From: an uncultured virus (IMG/VR IMGVR_UViG_3300032323_004022)
Taxonomy: Duplodnaviria > Heunggongvirae > Uroviricota > Caudoviricetes
DNA: 64,000 bases
Virus record (IMG/VR): IMGVR_UViG_3300032323_004022
Direction: 5' to 3' (one strand)
Shown piece after piece: positions 11,601-22,199 of this stretch (the stretch's first letter is position 1; each line of letters begins with the position of its first letter). A program made the translations under genes and the position numbers. The notes under the pieces were generated by a model. That model worked only from the letters and a program-made list of their open reading frames with translations, had not been told where the DNA came from and did no database searches.

Positions 11601-12337
11601 CAACTTCAACAGTTTCAACTACAAATAGAACTGAACAATTTGTAGCTGGAATAAGTACATCAATTACAGGTACATCAACAGTAACAACTGGTTTGCCTAC
11701 AACTACTACTGTGGTTAATTCTGTGACTGATTATAATGGTGATGGCATTGTTTCAACTACTACGATGTATGGACCAAATTCACAAGCTGATGATGTCATT
11801 TTGGATTTGTTGCAAGGACCAATATATTTTGCTAATATTTACAATCCAGTTTCAGTTCAATATGATGAAACAAATTCATTAATTGTAATTGCACAACCTC
11901 ATTCCAATTCTGTGCTTTGCTATAATGACAATACAGATCTAACTTTGAAATGGGCAATCACATCAGATATCGTAAAATACTATGATAACAAATTGGGATC
12001 AGCATATTTACTCGCAAATGGTAATGTTCTTTTAGGCAGCCCATCGTTAGATACAACTGACACTGGAAAACTACAAGTCTACAATATTTCAAATGGTTAT
12101 ATTGAAACAAAGCTAACATTCAATAATGATGTAGTTAAAGCTCTTCCAGGACCGGCAACAGATTATTCTAATTTCTATGTCTTAACTGATGATGTAATTA
12201 ATTTTGGAGCAAATTCAAGATTACATTTAGTTAATAATTCTGGAACAATATTGTCTACCTGGGGAGATAACAATGAACTTTTCCACCCTAAAGGTATGCG
12301 TATTATCTCTAATGACAATATTTTAGTATCGGAATAA
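8672..12337 (+). CDS. Tail fibre/baseplate-associated protein with C-terminal beta-propeller (NHL-like); N-terminus paralogous to 26044..34260
   Basis: 1221 aa. HKHIGG and VDAAKITTGILDSSRLP fibre-type motifs. NHL-like blades (ICDSKNDRIIMTD, LFHPKGMRIISNDNILVSE). Confidence 0.6.
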   Translation: MGNTPIYRFGYIEPNQDLSENIDLDELRFKAIENQMYNLYQIFKNGIIEEDPSVPSWRIQTYSNEFKLTKITITSGKGFVSYKAGNTITSKDVTLPTIPSTVGISKVYVYAYENANTAVTGDVDFIASLTQINDTVNYISLGYLEINVASNLISLFETNRQDITLFSTLSYLIKNHKHIGGTGNPSPIDLSYEVKNQITSENISSVDAAKITTGILDSSRLPTISHTSLEDKGNLTHDQLETALLAVVNNDANDKMSDLSIANRLQMLIALKKSGGVGFTFIDSTQINTLTYVPGIYPNTSANSSTGNSANFKQTSSVPSQYTLATIYDAAPNASGSGISGSVTSSSFVGDKSFVVQNDFLQAKTVASSLGSTTNTFFNNISISGSATTGSFTIDTPLNYLTLSQPVSSIFDTTGSWDTGLVFTTSYAANKVKVDTSLYAYTLFNQPISLDFDSKVGFGFSAGLGETGAALGKIYMFLVVGNGNTDPGLQYDQKIDFAPNTGTGSSTIYITPATSVKIFDDTTYGYIGSTATYSSVNLSDFGNSSLKSSVLGFGFYFSTDQGWNAEKQTKFELLTPTDAQINVSGNDDSLVLARRNSTDQTSSVFVWNDIYRYKNANFLMRFDSGDSNTQYNQIQYNIDIPTGTKYTIQSRSNVNSDLFYNLKTVSETDVIIATPNISSSTGRYFDVLFSLYSNEFQSLAPTVNNLRINYSTVGSATTRTYDRNLTDTTNQKFGWVSDVYYNKNAGYGNTNPDDTNYLKIYDTSNVGNWVYLRNNNLISAASNVIETTVEDGIDAGTLRNYLTPNQIFLKSTNYGLDTPTDYQSLFTGGNIICDSKNDRIIMTDINGVFTKVIQGNIRLKLTSRDFVALSASFNPSTRKIFIAFSQNVSFVDLTKIYITYDNISVRGDDTRLSGDYLEPIFDSSATYVFTINDTVEGIALNAAISNSLTKKVRLDKGCFTNSGNSLNTNSALSATIPTSTVSTTNRTEQFVAGISTSITGTSTVTTGLPTTTTVVNSVTDYNGDGIVSTTTMYGPNSQADDVILDLLQGPIYFANIYNPVSVQYDETNSLIVIAQPHSNSVLCYNDNTDLTLKWAITSDIVKYYDNKLGSAYLLANGNVLLGSPSLDTTDTGKLQVYNISNGYIETKLTFNNDVVKALPGPATDYSNFYVLTDDVINFGANSRLHLVNNSGTILSTWGDNNELFHPKGMRIISNDNILVSE

Positions 12338-12340
12338 ATT

Positions 12341-13306
12341 ATGAATCTACAAATAGAAAACAATAAACCAACAGTAAATATAATTGATGATGAAAATATT
12401 TTATCATTTGAGTTCACATCTTTTGATAAAAACTATCTATTAAATAATAATGAGAGTAGCATAAGATTATTGCTGAAGAAGCAAACTGTTGTTAATTTGA
12501 ATATTTTAGAAAACTTTTTAGAAATAAATTTTGAGAAAGCGATTTCCTATGTTCAATTTATATCTATTAAGTTTAAGTTTGATTCTATTGTAGAGATTGA
12601 TCCAAATTATATAATTTTTTCAAGAGGAGATAAAGATTATGTAATTGATTTCTTGAACACAAAATATAGTTTTGAATCCAATGACACAATACTTGTTATT
12701 TTAGATAAGCCTGATAATAAAATTAAAGTATCTGAATTAAACTTTTTTGCAAAGAACTTTAGTTCTCAAAACTTCAAAGCTTTCAATGCGACTAATCCTT
12801 TCATCATAGATGATACTTGTAAAATGCCTGAATTTTCAATTGGAAGTTATGATGATTCATCTTTGTCTATCCCAAGACCAGTTAGGCAAGGAAACCCTGT
12901 TATTTCCACTGTTCCAGCATTGATTGACTCAAACTCTTCAACAGACGATATTGAGTATTATAATAATGGAAATGGCCCTGTTTCCAAAACAATTTATTTT
13001 AAAATAATTTGCAATACAATTATAGAAAATACACTTTCTGCTGGAGATGTTTCACCAAATTTACAACTCAAGGTTTATCTTCCTAATGGGTTAGATACAG
13101 TCAAAGCACCAGTCTATGTTGATATGTATTTTGTTTCTGCTGACACAACAAATGATGTATCAGTGTATTCTGCTTCATACACTTTCTATAAGCAAGGCAG
13201 ATACAACAATATTGACTATGTAGATGGATTTATGTATTTCGATGTACATTGCCCATTAACTGTACAAAAATCAATACCTTTCCAGTTTGATTTTCAACTT
13301 TTATAG
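12341..13306 (+). CDS. Hypothetical protein (321 aa)
   Basis: Long ORF in operon-like spacing; no motif recognised. Confidence 0.7.
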   Translation: MNLQIENNKPTVNIIDDENILSFEFTSFDKNYLLNNNESSIRLLLKKQTVVNLNILENFLEINFEKAISYVQFISIKFKFDSIVEIDPNYIIFSRGDKDYVIDFLNTKYSFESNDTILVILDKPDNKIKVSELNFFAKNFSSQNFKAFNATNPFIIDDTCKMPEFSIGSYDDSSLSIPRPVRQGNPVISTVPALIDSNSSTDDIEYYNNGNGPVSKTIYFKIICNTIIENTLSAGDVSPNLQLKVYLPNGLDTVKAPVYVDMYFVSADTTNDVSVYSASYTFYKQGRYNNIDYVDGFMYFDVHCPLTVQKSIPFQFDFQLL

Positions 13307-13330
13307 GGGCTTCATCGGCTGGCAAAGAAT
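13304..13330 (+). promoter_or_regulatory. Putative phage promoter TAGG-N17-AAGAAT
   Basis: One of seven co-oriented matches upstream of gene starts in this window. Confidence 0.5.
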
Positions 13331-13363
13331 ATTTTAATATTCCCTGTTTAGCGGTGGTTACAA

Positions 13364-16300
13364 GTGCCATATAACGTTTCAATAATTTTACCCAATAATC
13401 TTACAAGTGGATATCTTCAATCTGAATTTATTAATCTAGGTGAACCTTACTCTAGCAATTCATATTCTAAAGATCCAACCCTTGACGATAATCAAAATAC
13501 TCTAACTTTTAGCTTTGAAGTGAGAGATAGTGGCACCCGTGAGCTTACCTACTTAAGAAGAATCAAAACTCTTTATCTTTCAAACGACCCAGAATTTGAA
13601 TCTACAACAACAATAGCTATATCAAACTGGCCTTCAAGCTCTTATGTTTATGACCCAGATTTTGATTACGAATATACTTTAAATCCATTACATTTCTTTG
13701 ACAATACTCTAACTCAAGGCACTATGGCAAATCCGGTAGCTGGAACTGGATTATTCAAGGTTTACAATTGGCCCTTAAGTGCATCAGGTGGTCTTTCAAC
13801 TGTTTATATGAAGGCCATTCTTGAAGGACCTAATGGCACTGATATTGAGTATCCAATGGGTTATGGTATTTTTGACCAAATCAGATGGGAAGGTCAAATT
13901 CCAGTAAATCCTGATTTTCCAGAGATTCCAAGTGCAAAATCTGGATTTGTTGGAAAAAATACACTCTTGTCATTTGCTAGTGGGAATCAAGTAGCAGCAC
14001 AAACAGAATCTTCAGGAATTGGAAGATATTTAGCAAGTGTTTATGAAATTTCGAATACTGGCGGAACATATGATGCTTATTCAGCTCGTAATAGTGTTAA
14101 GAGAACGCTTATACCATCAGCATCCATAGCATCTACAACACTAAGCACTTACAGATATTTTGATGGTAATTATTCTTCCTCATCACTTTCATTAGGTGCA
14201 AATATTGGTCTTACAAGTGCTAGTTATGGTAAAGGTGCTTTTTTCTATAGCAGAACAAGATTAGCACCATCTACAAACAAGACTGACTTTTATTCACAAG
14301 CAGGCTTCTCTTTCACAACTTCTGGAGTTGCTGTAACTTCACAAGCATTTATAAAACTTTATGCTGCTCCAGACACTAGTGCAAATGGTAATGAAATTGT
14401 TTGTAGAGTTGACATACCTAATAATGACAATCCAATAGCATATCTTTACACAAGAATTAATGGATCAGATAGTGCAAGCAAGCAAACTACTACATTGCCT
14501 CACAGTGTTCTCCCATTACTTCAATCTGGTGGTGTTATGGAAATGTATTACTCATCAATGGGTACTACAAATCTATGTATGGTAGAAGCTTATTACACAC
14601 CGTATTTAGATCAATCTGTGGCATCAAGAAAGAGTTATTTGTTAGGCAATGCTATTTTGACATCTTTTGGTAGTTCATCTGTGGGAAGTGCTTTTGGTTA
14701 TCAAATTTCGCAAGCTACAGGAACAACTTTTTCTGGTGGTTTAGTAGTTGAAGAATTATTCCTAGCTCAAGGAAAATCTAAACTTTCCATTGACATTGGT
14801 GATTGCACTAATGATGATATAGCAATAATCAATTCTCCACTAACAGAAATAGAATATGGCTGGAACGATTCTGTCAATGAAGATTTTATTGTTCTTACAG
14901 ATGCTCCTTCTGCACTTACTTTCACAACAAATATTACATCAGAACTTTATGAGATAGATAAATTAGATAGTTCAAATTCGTATATCGTTCCTTTACATTA
15001 CGAACTGCAATTATATAAACCATCATTAAGTAACAGATGTAGATTTGAGTTAGCTTTCAAACACGGATCTGATGACGTATATGTTGCTTTTAGTTCAGTA
15101 TCTTCATTCAGATCTCATACACAAAATAATCTCACTGTAAATTGGGATAGACCATTTGGAGTAAGATGCGATGATGGTTTCGCTTATTCCGATGCTCCAC
15201 TTGATGCTCCAACTATCTTAGTTAAGTTTAGTGGTGAAAAGAATGAAATTTCTGTTTCTTATAGAACCAAAGATAATAAATTAAGAAGACAAGTTTTGAG
15301 ATCTTATCAACCTCAAACAGAAGTATCTAAATTCTTATTTGAAATAACAGATCAACTACCAAATTCTTACACAGGCAGATATAAGAACAAAACATCTACT
15401 GGAACATTTTTACTAGTCAAAGAAATTACCGGAAGTGGAATTAACATTGTTGGTGTAACTGATATGCTTTTACCCATCAATTCTAACGCTTCTGGATTAG
15501 GATATTTTGCTGGCTTTGGTGTTAGAAAAAGCTCTTATAACAGTGATGGTTCAACTTATTTCCAAGATTTAAAATGGTCTGGAATCCCTAATGTTTACAA
15601 AGAGCAATTTGATAATGACAGCACAATTAAAACAACTCTTTTGTCAGATGAAGGCTTGACTAATTCCAAACACTATTTAGGTCAAAAATTATTAAGTGGT
15701 CTTACTGACTTAATTGATTACCAATATGAGACAGCTAATACATTACCAAAATTAACCCTTGATGCTCAACAATATAGCTTTACTGCATTACCAAATTCTC
15801 CAACTTATTCCTCAAATAGATTAACTGCTGGAACTGCTGGTACATTGCTTATAAATGGAAGTTTTATTCGATCAACTACAGATTATATTTTTGTAGCTGG
15901 TCAGGCAACAACATCTCAAAATGGTGTTTATTATCAGACGAGAGTTGGTACAGCTTCAACTACATGGAGATTAGAAAGAGTTCCTCAGATGGACTCAAGT
16001 GAAGAAATTTATTCAGGTATGGTTGTAAGAATTCCAATTGATTATGATTATGCAAGTACAAAATGGTATTTGACAACACCAGATCCTATTACACTTGGAA
16101 CTTCAAGTTTATCATTTGCAGCAACACAGCCTACAGTAGAGCAAATTTCATTAGCAACTACTGGAACAAATATCTCTATTGCCAATATAACATCCCTTAC
16201 CGTTGACGGAACTTCATTATCTTCTTTAGCAGTTGGAAGTAAAATTCTTGTCAAAGATCAAATAGAGAACGCTGAAAATGGTGTTTACATAAAATCTGTC

Positions 16301-17716
16301 TCTGGTTTTGCCATTACTACCACAGGATATGATGTGCCTTTAAGAGTTATCAGTGGAACAATCAATGCTGATACAAATTGGTACAAATCTAATGTTACAT
16401 TTAATGGCAATTTAGTTGATAGATTTGTAAGCACAACTTTCTTCAAGTCAATTACTATTGGTGAGATTTCAAACTTTGTATCTTCAACAAAGCCAAAACT
16501 ATTTGAATTTAAATTACACTGGAATGCTAATGATAAATCTTTCCCAATGGAAGAACTCAAAGTAAGATTTTTTGGTAATATTGGTTCTTTACCAGATAAT
16601 AGCAATCCATTAACATCCTGGAAATCTGTTTCTTATAATCCATTTGTAGCTGGTTTTACTAATAGTCCAAATAATAATTTAGTTCAAGTGAAATTAAATG
16701 ATTCAGATTGGAATAGCAATATTTCTCAATCTGATGTAATTTGGGTGGCAATTACAGTGCCATTAAATTCTGCACTTGGAAGAGCTAATGGCATAGAGCT
16801 GTCTGATGTTGACTATATTCAGAATGGGGAATTTACTGGCTACAGAAGAGCAAATAACCTTTGGCACAAACTTCATACTAAATATGAAGAAAAAGCAGTA
16901 AATTCTGCTCAAAACAATGCAATTCAATACAGAGTAAGAGCTGTTTCTCACGGAAATATTTCAAGCTATCCTACTAAATTAAGTAGTGCTTCAAAAGTAG
17001 ATATCAATGCTCCATCTTATCTTGGAGATGTACCCAATATTTTAGTTGCTACAGAATCTACTTTAAGAATGGTTCAGTTATCAATACAAGCAGAAGACAA
17101 TGACTCTGGAATTCTTGCTTTTAGAGTAGGAAAAGAGATAGATAATTCTTTTATCAATTACACTACTTGGTTACCTTGGGATAAGTTTATAGTTAACAGC
17201 GAGAATGAATATTATTTATATCTTTATGGTCATTTGAACTATTATGCTTTGGGTCCACAAAATACAGCATTCCAAAATCAAAACATTGGATTTTCTGGAC
17301 AAAGAAAAATCTGGGTTCAATTAATGGATTATATGGGCAATGTGTCTGAATCAAATCCAATTAGTTTTGTTGCTACTTCTCAAGCTTTAGTAGATACACA
17401 AGAGCCATTTGGAACAGTAAACTTTTTCAATCCTAAAACTAATCAAGAAACTTCAATATCTAACTTGCCAGAATCTTGGATGAAAATTGATGGTTTTGAT
17501 CTAGTCACTGGTATTAAGGATTTCCAAATTAGAAGATTGTTAGACTCTGGAAATGGCGCTTGGTCAGAGTGGATACCTTATTCTCCATATGTAAAGGTTG
17601 ATTTTACAGGCGAAAGTGATGGAGTTAAGAAAGTTGAAATTAAATTTAGAGACTTTGGAAATAATATTACTCAACCTGAAGTTAAATGGAATGCAATTAG
17701 GAGACCAAAAGTATAA
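13364..17716 (+). CDS. Large virion structural protein with two 'LVKxQ...NGxY' fibre modules and C-terminal Ig-like domains
   Basis: 1450 aa, GTG start. Fibre modules YIFVAGQATTSQNGVY and KILVKDQIENAENGVY. Ig-type end strands WVQLMDYMGNVS and VEIKFRDFGNN. Confidence 0.65.
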   Translation: MPYNVSIILPNNLTSGYLQSEFINLGEPYSSNSYSKDPTLDDNQNTLTFSFEVRDSGTRELTYLRRIKTLYLSNDPEFESTTTIAISNWPSSSYVYDPDFDYEYTLNPLHFFDNTLTQGTMANPVAGTGLFKVYNWPLSASGGLSTVYMKAILEGPNGTDIEYPMGYGIFDQIRWEGQIPVNPDFPEIPSAKSGFVGKNTLLSFASGNQVAAQTESSGIGRYLASVYEISNTGGTYDAYSARNSVKRTLIPSASIASTTLSTYRYFDGNYSSSSLSLGANIGLTSASYGKGAFFYSRTRLAPSTNKTDFYSQAGFSFTTSGVAVTSQAFIKLYAAPDTSANGNEIVCRVDIPNNDNPIAYLYTRINGSDSASKQTTTLPHSVLPLLQSGGVMEMYYSSMGTTNLCMVEAYYTPYLDQSVASRKSYLLGNAILTSFGSSSVGSAFGYQISQATGTTFSGGLVVEELFLAQGKSKLSIDIGDCTNDDIAIINSPLTEIEYGWNDSVNEDFIVLTDAPSALTFTTNITSELYEIDKLDSSNSYIVPLHYELQLYKPSLSNRCRFELAFKHGSDDVYVAFSSVSSFRSHTQNNLTVNWDRPFGVRCDDGFAYSDAPLDAPTILVKFSGEKNEISVSYRTKDNKLRRQVLRSYQPQTEVSKFLFEITDQLPNSYTGRYKNKTSTGTFLLVKEITGSGINIVGVTDMLLPINSNASGLGYFAGFGVRKSSYNSDGSTYFQDLKWSGIPNVYKEQFDNDSTIKTTLLSDEGLTNSKHYLGQKLLSGLTDLIDYQYETANTLPKLTLDAQQYSFTALPNSPTYSSNRLTAGTAGTLLINGSFIRSTTDYIFVAGQATTSQNGVYYQTRVGTASTTWRLERVPQMDSSEEIYSGMVVRIPIDYDYASTKWYLTTPDPITLGTSSLSFAATQPTVEQISLATTGTNISIANITSLTVDGTSLSSLAVGSKILVKDQIENAENGVYIKSVSGFAITTTGYDVPLRVISGTINADTNWYKSNVTFNGNLVDRFVSTTFFKSITIGEISNFVSSTKPKLFEFKLHWNANDKSFPMEELKVRFFGNIGSLPDNSNPLTSWKSVSYNPFVAGFTNSPNNNLVQVKLNDSDWNSNISQSDVIWVAITVPLNSALGRANGIELSDVDYIQNGEFTGYRRANNLWHKLHTKYEEKAVNSAQNNAIQYRVRAVSHGNISSYPTKLSSASKVDINAPSYLGDVPNILVATESTLRMVQLSIQAEDNDSGILAFRVGKEIDNSFINYTTWLPWDKFIVNSENEYYLYLYGHLNYYALGPQNTAFQNQNIGFSGQRKIWVQLMDYMGNVSESNPISFVATSQALVDTQEPFGTVNFFNPKTNQETSISNLPESWMKIDGFDLVTGIKDFQIRRLLDSGNGAWSEWIPYSPYVKVDFTGESDGVKKVEIKFRDFGNNITQPEVKWNAIRRPKV

Positions 17717-20682
17717 TGGTGCCAACAATTTTTACAGCTAGTTGTTCTTGGAAAGGTCCTAACGATAGCGAAAAAATATTATACTTTTCTGGTATTACAA
17801 AGAAAAGATTTACCAACATATCTTTAGTTGATAGTTTAGATCCTGCTTACGCTGCTGGAACTGCTTTTAAACTTGTTGGCACCAATTCAAATGATTTAGG
17901 AAGAGTCTATAAAGTAAATTCACAAGATGAACTTACAGTCAACTCATCAGTAAATTATGGTGTAGACGATTACAAAAACTATCTTATTTTTGAAACACCT
18001 ATTAATTCTTCAACTATTAATATAGTGCTAGATAAATATTATGCATCAATTCATACAGCAAATCTCGTATCATTTGAGAAAATAATTGATTTTTCAAACC
18101 AGGGTGAAAGAGCAATCACATCAATGGTTGCCGCTGATGATGGAATTTATTTATCTGGAGTCTCTGGAAAAATTTGGTTCTACAATGGTGAATATATCAG
18201 TGGTCCAGTATTTATCCTTCAAGAAAACAATGTAGATTTATCCGCTTCTACAATGATTTCACACAAATTTGAGCACGAAACTGAACCTTATTTGTATGTT
18301 GCATCTGATCAATTACCAAGATTGTTTAGATCAAAGTTGAGCACTGCGTACAGTGGCAGTCAATGGGAACAAGTATATCCACTTGGAGAATTAGCTGAAG
18401 TTTCTGGTGGTATCCTTTCAATGGTATCAGCTTACAATAAACTATTTTTAGGATGTTTTGATAAAAAGATACACAGATATTCTAGAACACTCACAGTTTC
18501 ATTATCAGAGCCTACGAACCTAATTACAGAAGAAGTGATAATTAGGGAAAATGAAACTGAATCTTTAGAGACATCCACAATTATTTCAAATAATATTACT
18601 GATTACGAAGCTTCAGATTTTGGTGTAAGATGTTTAGCAGTAGGAAAGAATCAAGTTCTTGCAGGCATTGATAAGAAACCAGAAATTTGGTCTTATTCTG
18701 AAATTCCATTATCTAATCCAGAAACTGACGAGAGTTGGACTTCAATAATTTTTGATGAAATTTTTATGAATGATCCTGCTCCGGCACAATTTTATTCTTA
18801 CGACAGCAACACCTTGTCTAGAAATGATGACAATGTAGCAATTGCAAGATTTCCAAAAGAAAATAATCATCAACAATATAATGAATTTTTAGTAATTAAA
18901 GGCAATACAGTTTCTTCAACTGGCTCTACTGCTTACGGTTCTAGATTATACGAAATATCTGAAGGTTCTGATTGGGAGCAACTTTTACGTGAAAATTTGC
19001 CAAGTCAAAATTATATCGATGTAAAATGCGCTTCTTGGGAACCTGTATCAAGCTGGAACAACTTCACTTCTTTAGATGGATACGACCTTATAGTTAATGA
19101 CTTGTTCTTACTTAAGGATCAAACAGTATCTGGTACTAATGGAATTTACAATGGTATTTATGTATACAATGGTGTAAATAATACTCCATCATTGATAAAT
19201 ATTACTCAATATATTGTTTCAGGCAGCACAGTTTTGGGATTTTACATAGAAACTGGCTACATAAATACTGGCAACAGATATTTATTGAATTATTCTAATT
19301 ATTTATTAACTGGTAATTTTATTGTTTATAAACCAAGCTATACTTTTGAAGCTAAAGTTATCAGCCTCAATACTAGCCAAGCTGCAACATCTTCTGATTT
19401 ACGTAATGAAACAACCTTGAATAGTTCAGAACAAATACCTACAAATTCATTAATTGGATATCAAGGCTTTCAAGTTGCGGATCTTTATGGACAATATTCA
19501 ATAGAGTTTAATTCCACAACTTTGAAATTATCTAGTGGAATGAACACCGTAGAAAAAACTATTACCACTACAGGTTTGATAGCTGATTGGCAGTTCTATT
19601 CAATTGCAAACGGTGTCATTTCTTCTGATGAACAATCTTGGGTAATTGGTAAGTTCATTACAGATTTGTCAGCAACAACAGAAACTAATTATGATATTTT
19701 CAATGATGCATATGACAAGTATGTTTTGAAAATTACTCCAGCATTAACTGGAAATCCCTGTATCGTAATTGATAACTTGAGCTTGGATGTAGATTTAAAT
19801 TCTGTAATTTCAATTCGTGTAAAAGCAAAGCCGAAATCAAAAACATTATGCCTTGGAAAGATTAAAGCTTATTGGGCTTATGATGGTGGAATTTTTAATA
19901 TTAGTGCAGAAACAGCAATGCACACTTCTGATGAATATATACAATATAAAATTTCACCAATCTGGAAAGGCACTATTGGTAAGCTTCAAATAGAATTTGC
20001 AGATCTTCCAGAAAATAATGACAGACCTGATGAGATTGTTATTGACTTGATACAAATTCAATCAAATGAAGATGTATTCGATATTAACAATAAACTTTCT
20101 AAAATTAGATGGATTGTAGAAGATAGAGACATTAAGATCTATCTTGGTCAACAAAAGAATCCATTTATTGAAAAGAAAAACTTTATATCTTTGGATACCT
20201 ACAGCTCAAAATATTTAGAAGCTACTGCAAATGCTTATGATTATGATCATCCATATATTCAATTTGGGAAATTAAATAATGATGCTGGTGACTCTTTGGT
20301 GGGATATTCAGATGTTTCTTTCATCATTGGCGAAGCATATGAGCCTACAAATTCTAAGGTAATTGACTTTAATCAATCTGTTGTACTTCCTTCTACAGGT
20401 GGAGTCAGGTTATTTACTTACCACGATGGAACACTATATTGCGCTACTGATGGATTTATAAGCGACAAAATTTCTGAAAATCCAAACGATAGGCAAAGTA
20501 AGATTTTCTATTACAATTCAAATGCAGAAAGTTGGTTCTTGGAAGATATTACTTTTGAAAGAAAAAAAGTATTTGATAATGCTGGAAATTACACTTTGTA
20601 TGGTGTTATTAGACCATTGACAGCAATAAGTTATAAGGGCAAATTGTTTTTGAGCGGACACTACGGAAATATCAAACCATAA
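17716..20682 (+). CDS. Virion structural protein: beta-propeller with inserted beta-sandwich/lectin-like and fibre modules
   Basis: 988 aa. Propeller blades ([31 protein letters not shown]). Fibre module DLFLLKDQT...NGIYVY. TAATG overlaps at both ends. Confidence 0.6.
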   Translation: MVPTIFTASCSWKGPNDSEKILYFSGITKKRFTNISLVDSLDPAYAAGTAFKLVGTNSNDLGRVYKVNSQDELTVNSSVNYGVDDYKNYLIFETPINSSTINIVLDKYYASIHTANLVSFEKIIDFSNQGERAITSMVAADDGIYLSGVSGKIWFYNGEYISGPVFILQENNVDLSASTMISHKFEHETEPYLYVASDQLPRLFRSKLSTAYSGSQWEQVYPLGELAEVSGGILSMVSAYNKLFLGCFDKKIHRYSRTLTVSLSEPTNLITEEVIIRENETESLETSTIISNNITDYEASDFGVRCLAVGKNQVLAGIDKKPEIWSYSEIPLSNPETDESWTSIIFDEIFMNDPAPAQFYSYDSNTLSRNDDNVAIARFPKENNHQQYNEFLVIKGNTVSSTGSTAYGSRLYEISEGSDWEQLLRENLPSQNYIDVKCASWEPVSSWNNFTSLDGYDLIVNDLFLLKDQTVSGTNGIYNGIYVYNGVNNTPSLINITQYIVSGSTVLGFYIETGYINTGNRYLLNYSNYLLTGNFIVYKPSYTFEAKVISLNTSQAATSSDLRNETTLNSSEQIPTNSLIGYQGFQVADLYGQYSIEFNSTTLKLSSGMNTVEKTITTTGLIADWQFYSIANGVISSDEQSWVIGKFITDLSATTETNYDIFNDAYDKYVLKITPALTGNPCIVIDNLSLDVDLNSVISIRVKAKPKSKTLCLGKIKAYWAYDGGIFNISAETAMHTSDEYIQYKISPIWKGTIGKLQIEFADLPENNDRPDEIVIDLIQIQSNEDVFDINNKLSKIRWIVEDRDIKIYLGQQKNPFIEKKNFISLDTYSSKYLEATANAYDYDHPYIQFGKLNNDAGDSLVGYSDVSFIIGEAYEPTNSKVIDFNQSVVLPSTGGVRLFTYHDGTLYCATDGFISDKISENPNDRQSKIFYYNSNAESWFLEDITFERKKVFDNAGNYTLYGVIRPLTAISYKGKLFLSGHYGNIKP

Positions 20683-22199
20683 TGAGCGAAGATTTAAGAA
20701 ATATATTCATAGCTTTCAGTGGTGCTAGTCCTGGAATCTCTACAAGTTTAACCAATCTATCATACACCTCATTTGATGGAAAAAGAATTTATTTAAACTT
20801 TGAAGACATAGATAGCACTGGTCTTGAACCTGCCACTGGATTACAGCTAAGATTTTCTGTAACCAAAAAGTTTGGAGCAATTGCAACCACTGTAACTCCT
20901 TCATCTACTTTTGTTGATGCTAGTTCGCCCAAGACTTTACAGTTAATTTTAGCAGATTCTGACAGAATTGTAGATTATTCGTATAATGGTAGTGGGGTAG
21001 CCTTAACTGCTCAAACAGTTTTCGTTTCTTATGACGCAACTGGATTTGGCAGTACAGTTACAAAATTATCAGACAACGATACACAAAAATCATTTGTAAC
21101 ATCATTTACAGGTGTAGGGATTACAAATCTTACCAAAGAAGCTAATCCTCCTGTATACAATTATTCAACCACAAGTACCGACGGAACAAAAGTTTACGTT
21201 TATTACACAGAGGCTACTCCACCTCTTCTTCCATCTACAAATATCAGTGGCTTTGCAGTAAGTCAGAATAATTCAGGTATTGCAATTTCTAATGCCTATG
21301 TTCTAGATCCAACTAGTGCTACAAATGGCAAAGTAATTGTTCTTGATCTCAATTCCCGATTAGGTGTAAATGACGGGACTAATCCAGTTACAATAACTTA
21401 CACACAACCAATATCAGATTTTTTCAAAATCAAAGATAGTACTGGAATCGGATTAACTTATGCGGTTTCTTTTGCTGGAAGTGCTGTAACCAATCTCACA
21501 AGCACAACATTTTTGCCCAGAATTACTCAAGCATACACTGGGACTGGTGTTTCTGGGAATATTGTTTATGTTAGAATGTCTACTACGACAACTCCAGCGT
21601 CTCCATCAGGTTTTGGAATTTCATATACAAATGTTGCAAAAACAATTTCAAGTATAGGTGCATCTGCTCTAGTATTTAGCGGTATAGCAACAACAGTATA
21701 TCTTCTTACTATGTCTTCTTATTTTGGGCCGGAAGATATTGTTACAGTAAATTACACCCAGCCAGTTTCTAATTTTATAACTGATAGAACTACAAATGCT
21801 AATAAGGTTGCAAGTTTATCTACCCCAATAAGAGCTACAAATAGCTTGACAGATACAACTGCCCCAACATTAGACACAGCAAATAGTTATATTGATAAAA
21901 ATGGGCAAGATATTTACTTAAAATTCACAGAAAATAATTCAAGACCAATGTTGCCAGCTACAGGCATTCAAACATTTAATGTCTCAATAGATGGACAATT
22001 TACTCCTATCAAATCAGCAACAGGATTGGGAATTACTTTCTCAACAGATGTAAAGTTATCACTTTACAATAAAATAAATTTTAATAGCATAGTAAAAGTT
22101 GGTTATAGTGGGGATGGCGGAGCTGCAGCATTGAAAGATAGTTCTAATAACTTTGTTGCAAATTTTGAACCGCTTTTAATATCAAATTATGGCGTATGA
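20682..22199 (+). CDS. SwmB-repeat (SWM_repeat-like) protein, about 4 repeats
   Basis: Four roughly 120-aa units, e.g. DTTAPTL...[11 protein letters not shown]...FNVSIDG...VKLSL...VKVGYS...[12 protein letters not shown], matching the SwmB repeat pattern. Confidence 0.65.
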   Translation: MSEDLRNIFIAFSGASPGISTSLTNLSYTSFDGKRIYLNFEDIDSTGLEPATGLQLRFSVTKKFGAIATTVTPSSTFVDASSPKTLQLILADSDRIVDYSYNGSGVALTAQTVFVSYDATGFGSTVTKLSDNDTQKSFVTSFTGVGITNLTKEANPPVYNYSTTSTDGTKVYVYYTEATPPLLPSTNISGFAVSQNNSGIAISNAYVLDPTSATNGKVIVLDLNSRLGVNDGTNPVTITYTQPISDFFKIKDSTGIGLTYAVSFAGSAVTNLTSTTFLPRITQAYTGTGVSGNIVYVRMSTTTTPASPSGFGISYTNVAKTISSIGASALVFSGIATTVYLLTMSSYFGPEDIVTVNYTQPVSNFITDRTTNANKVASLSTPIRATNSLTDTTAPTLDTANSYIDKNGQDIYLKFTENNSRPMLPATGIQTFNVSIDGQFTPIKSATGLGITFSTDVKLSLYNKINFNSIVKVGYSGDGGAAALKDSSNNFVANFEPLLISNYGV

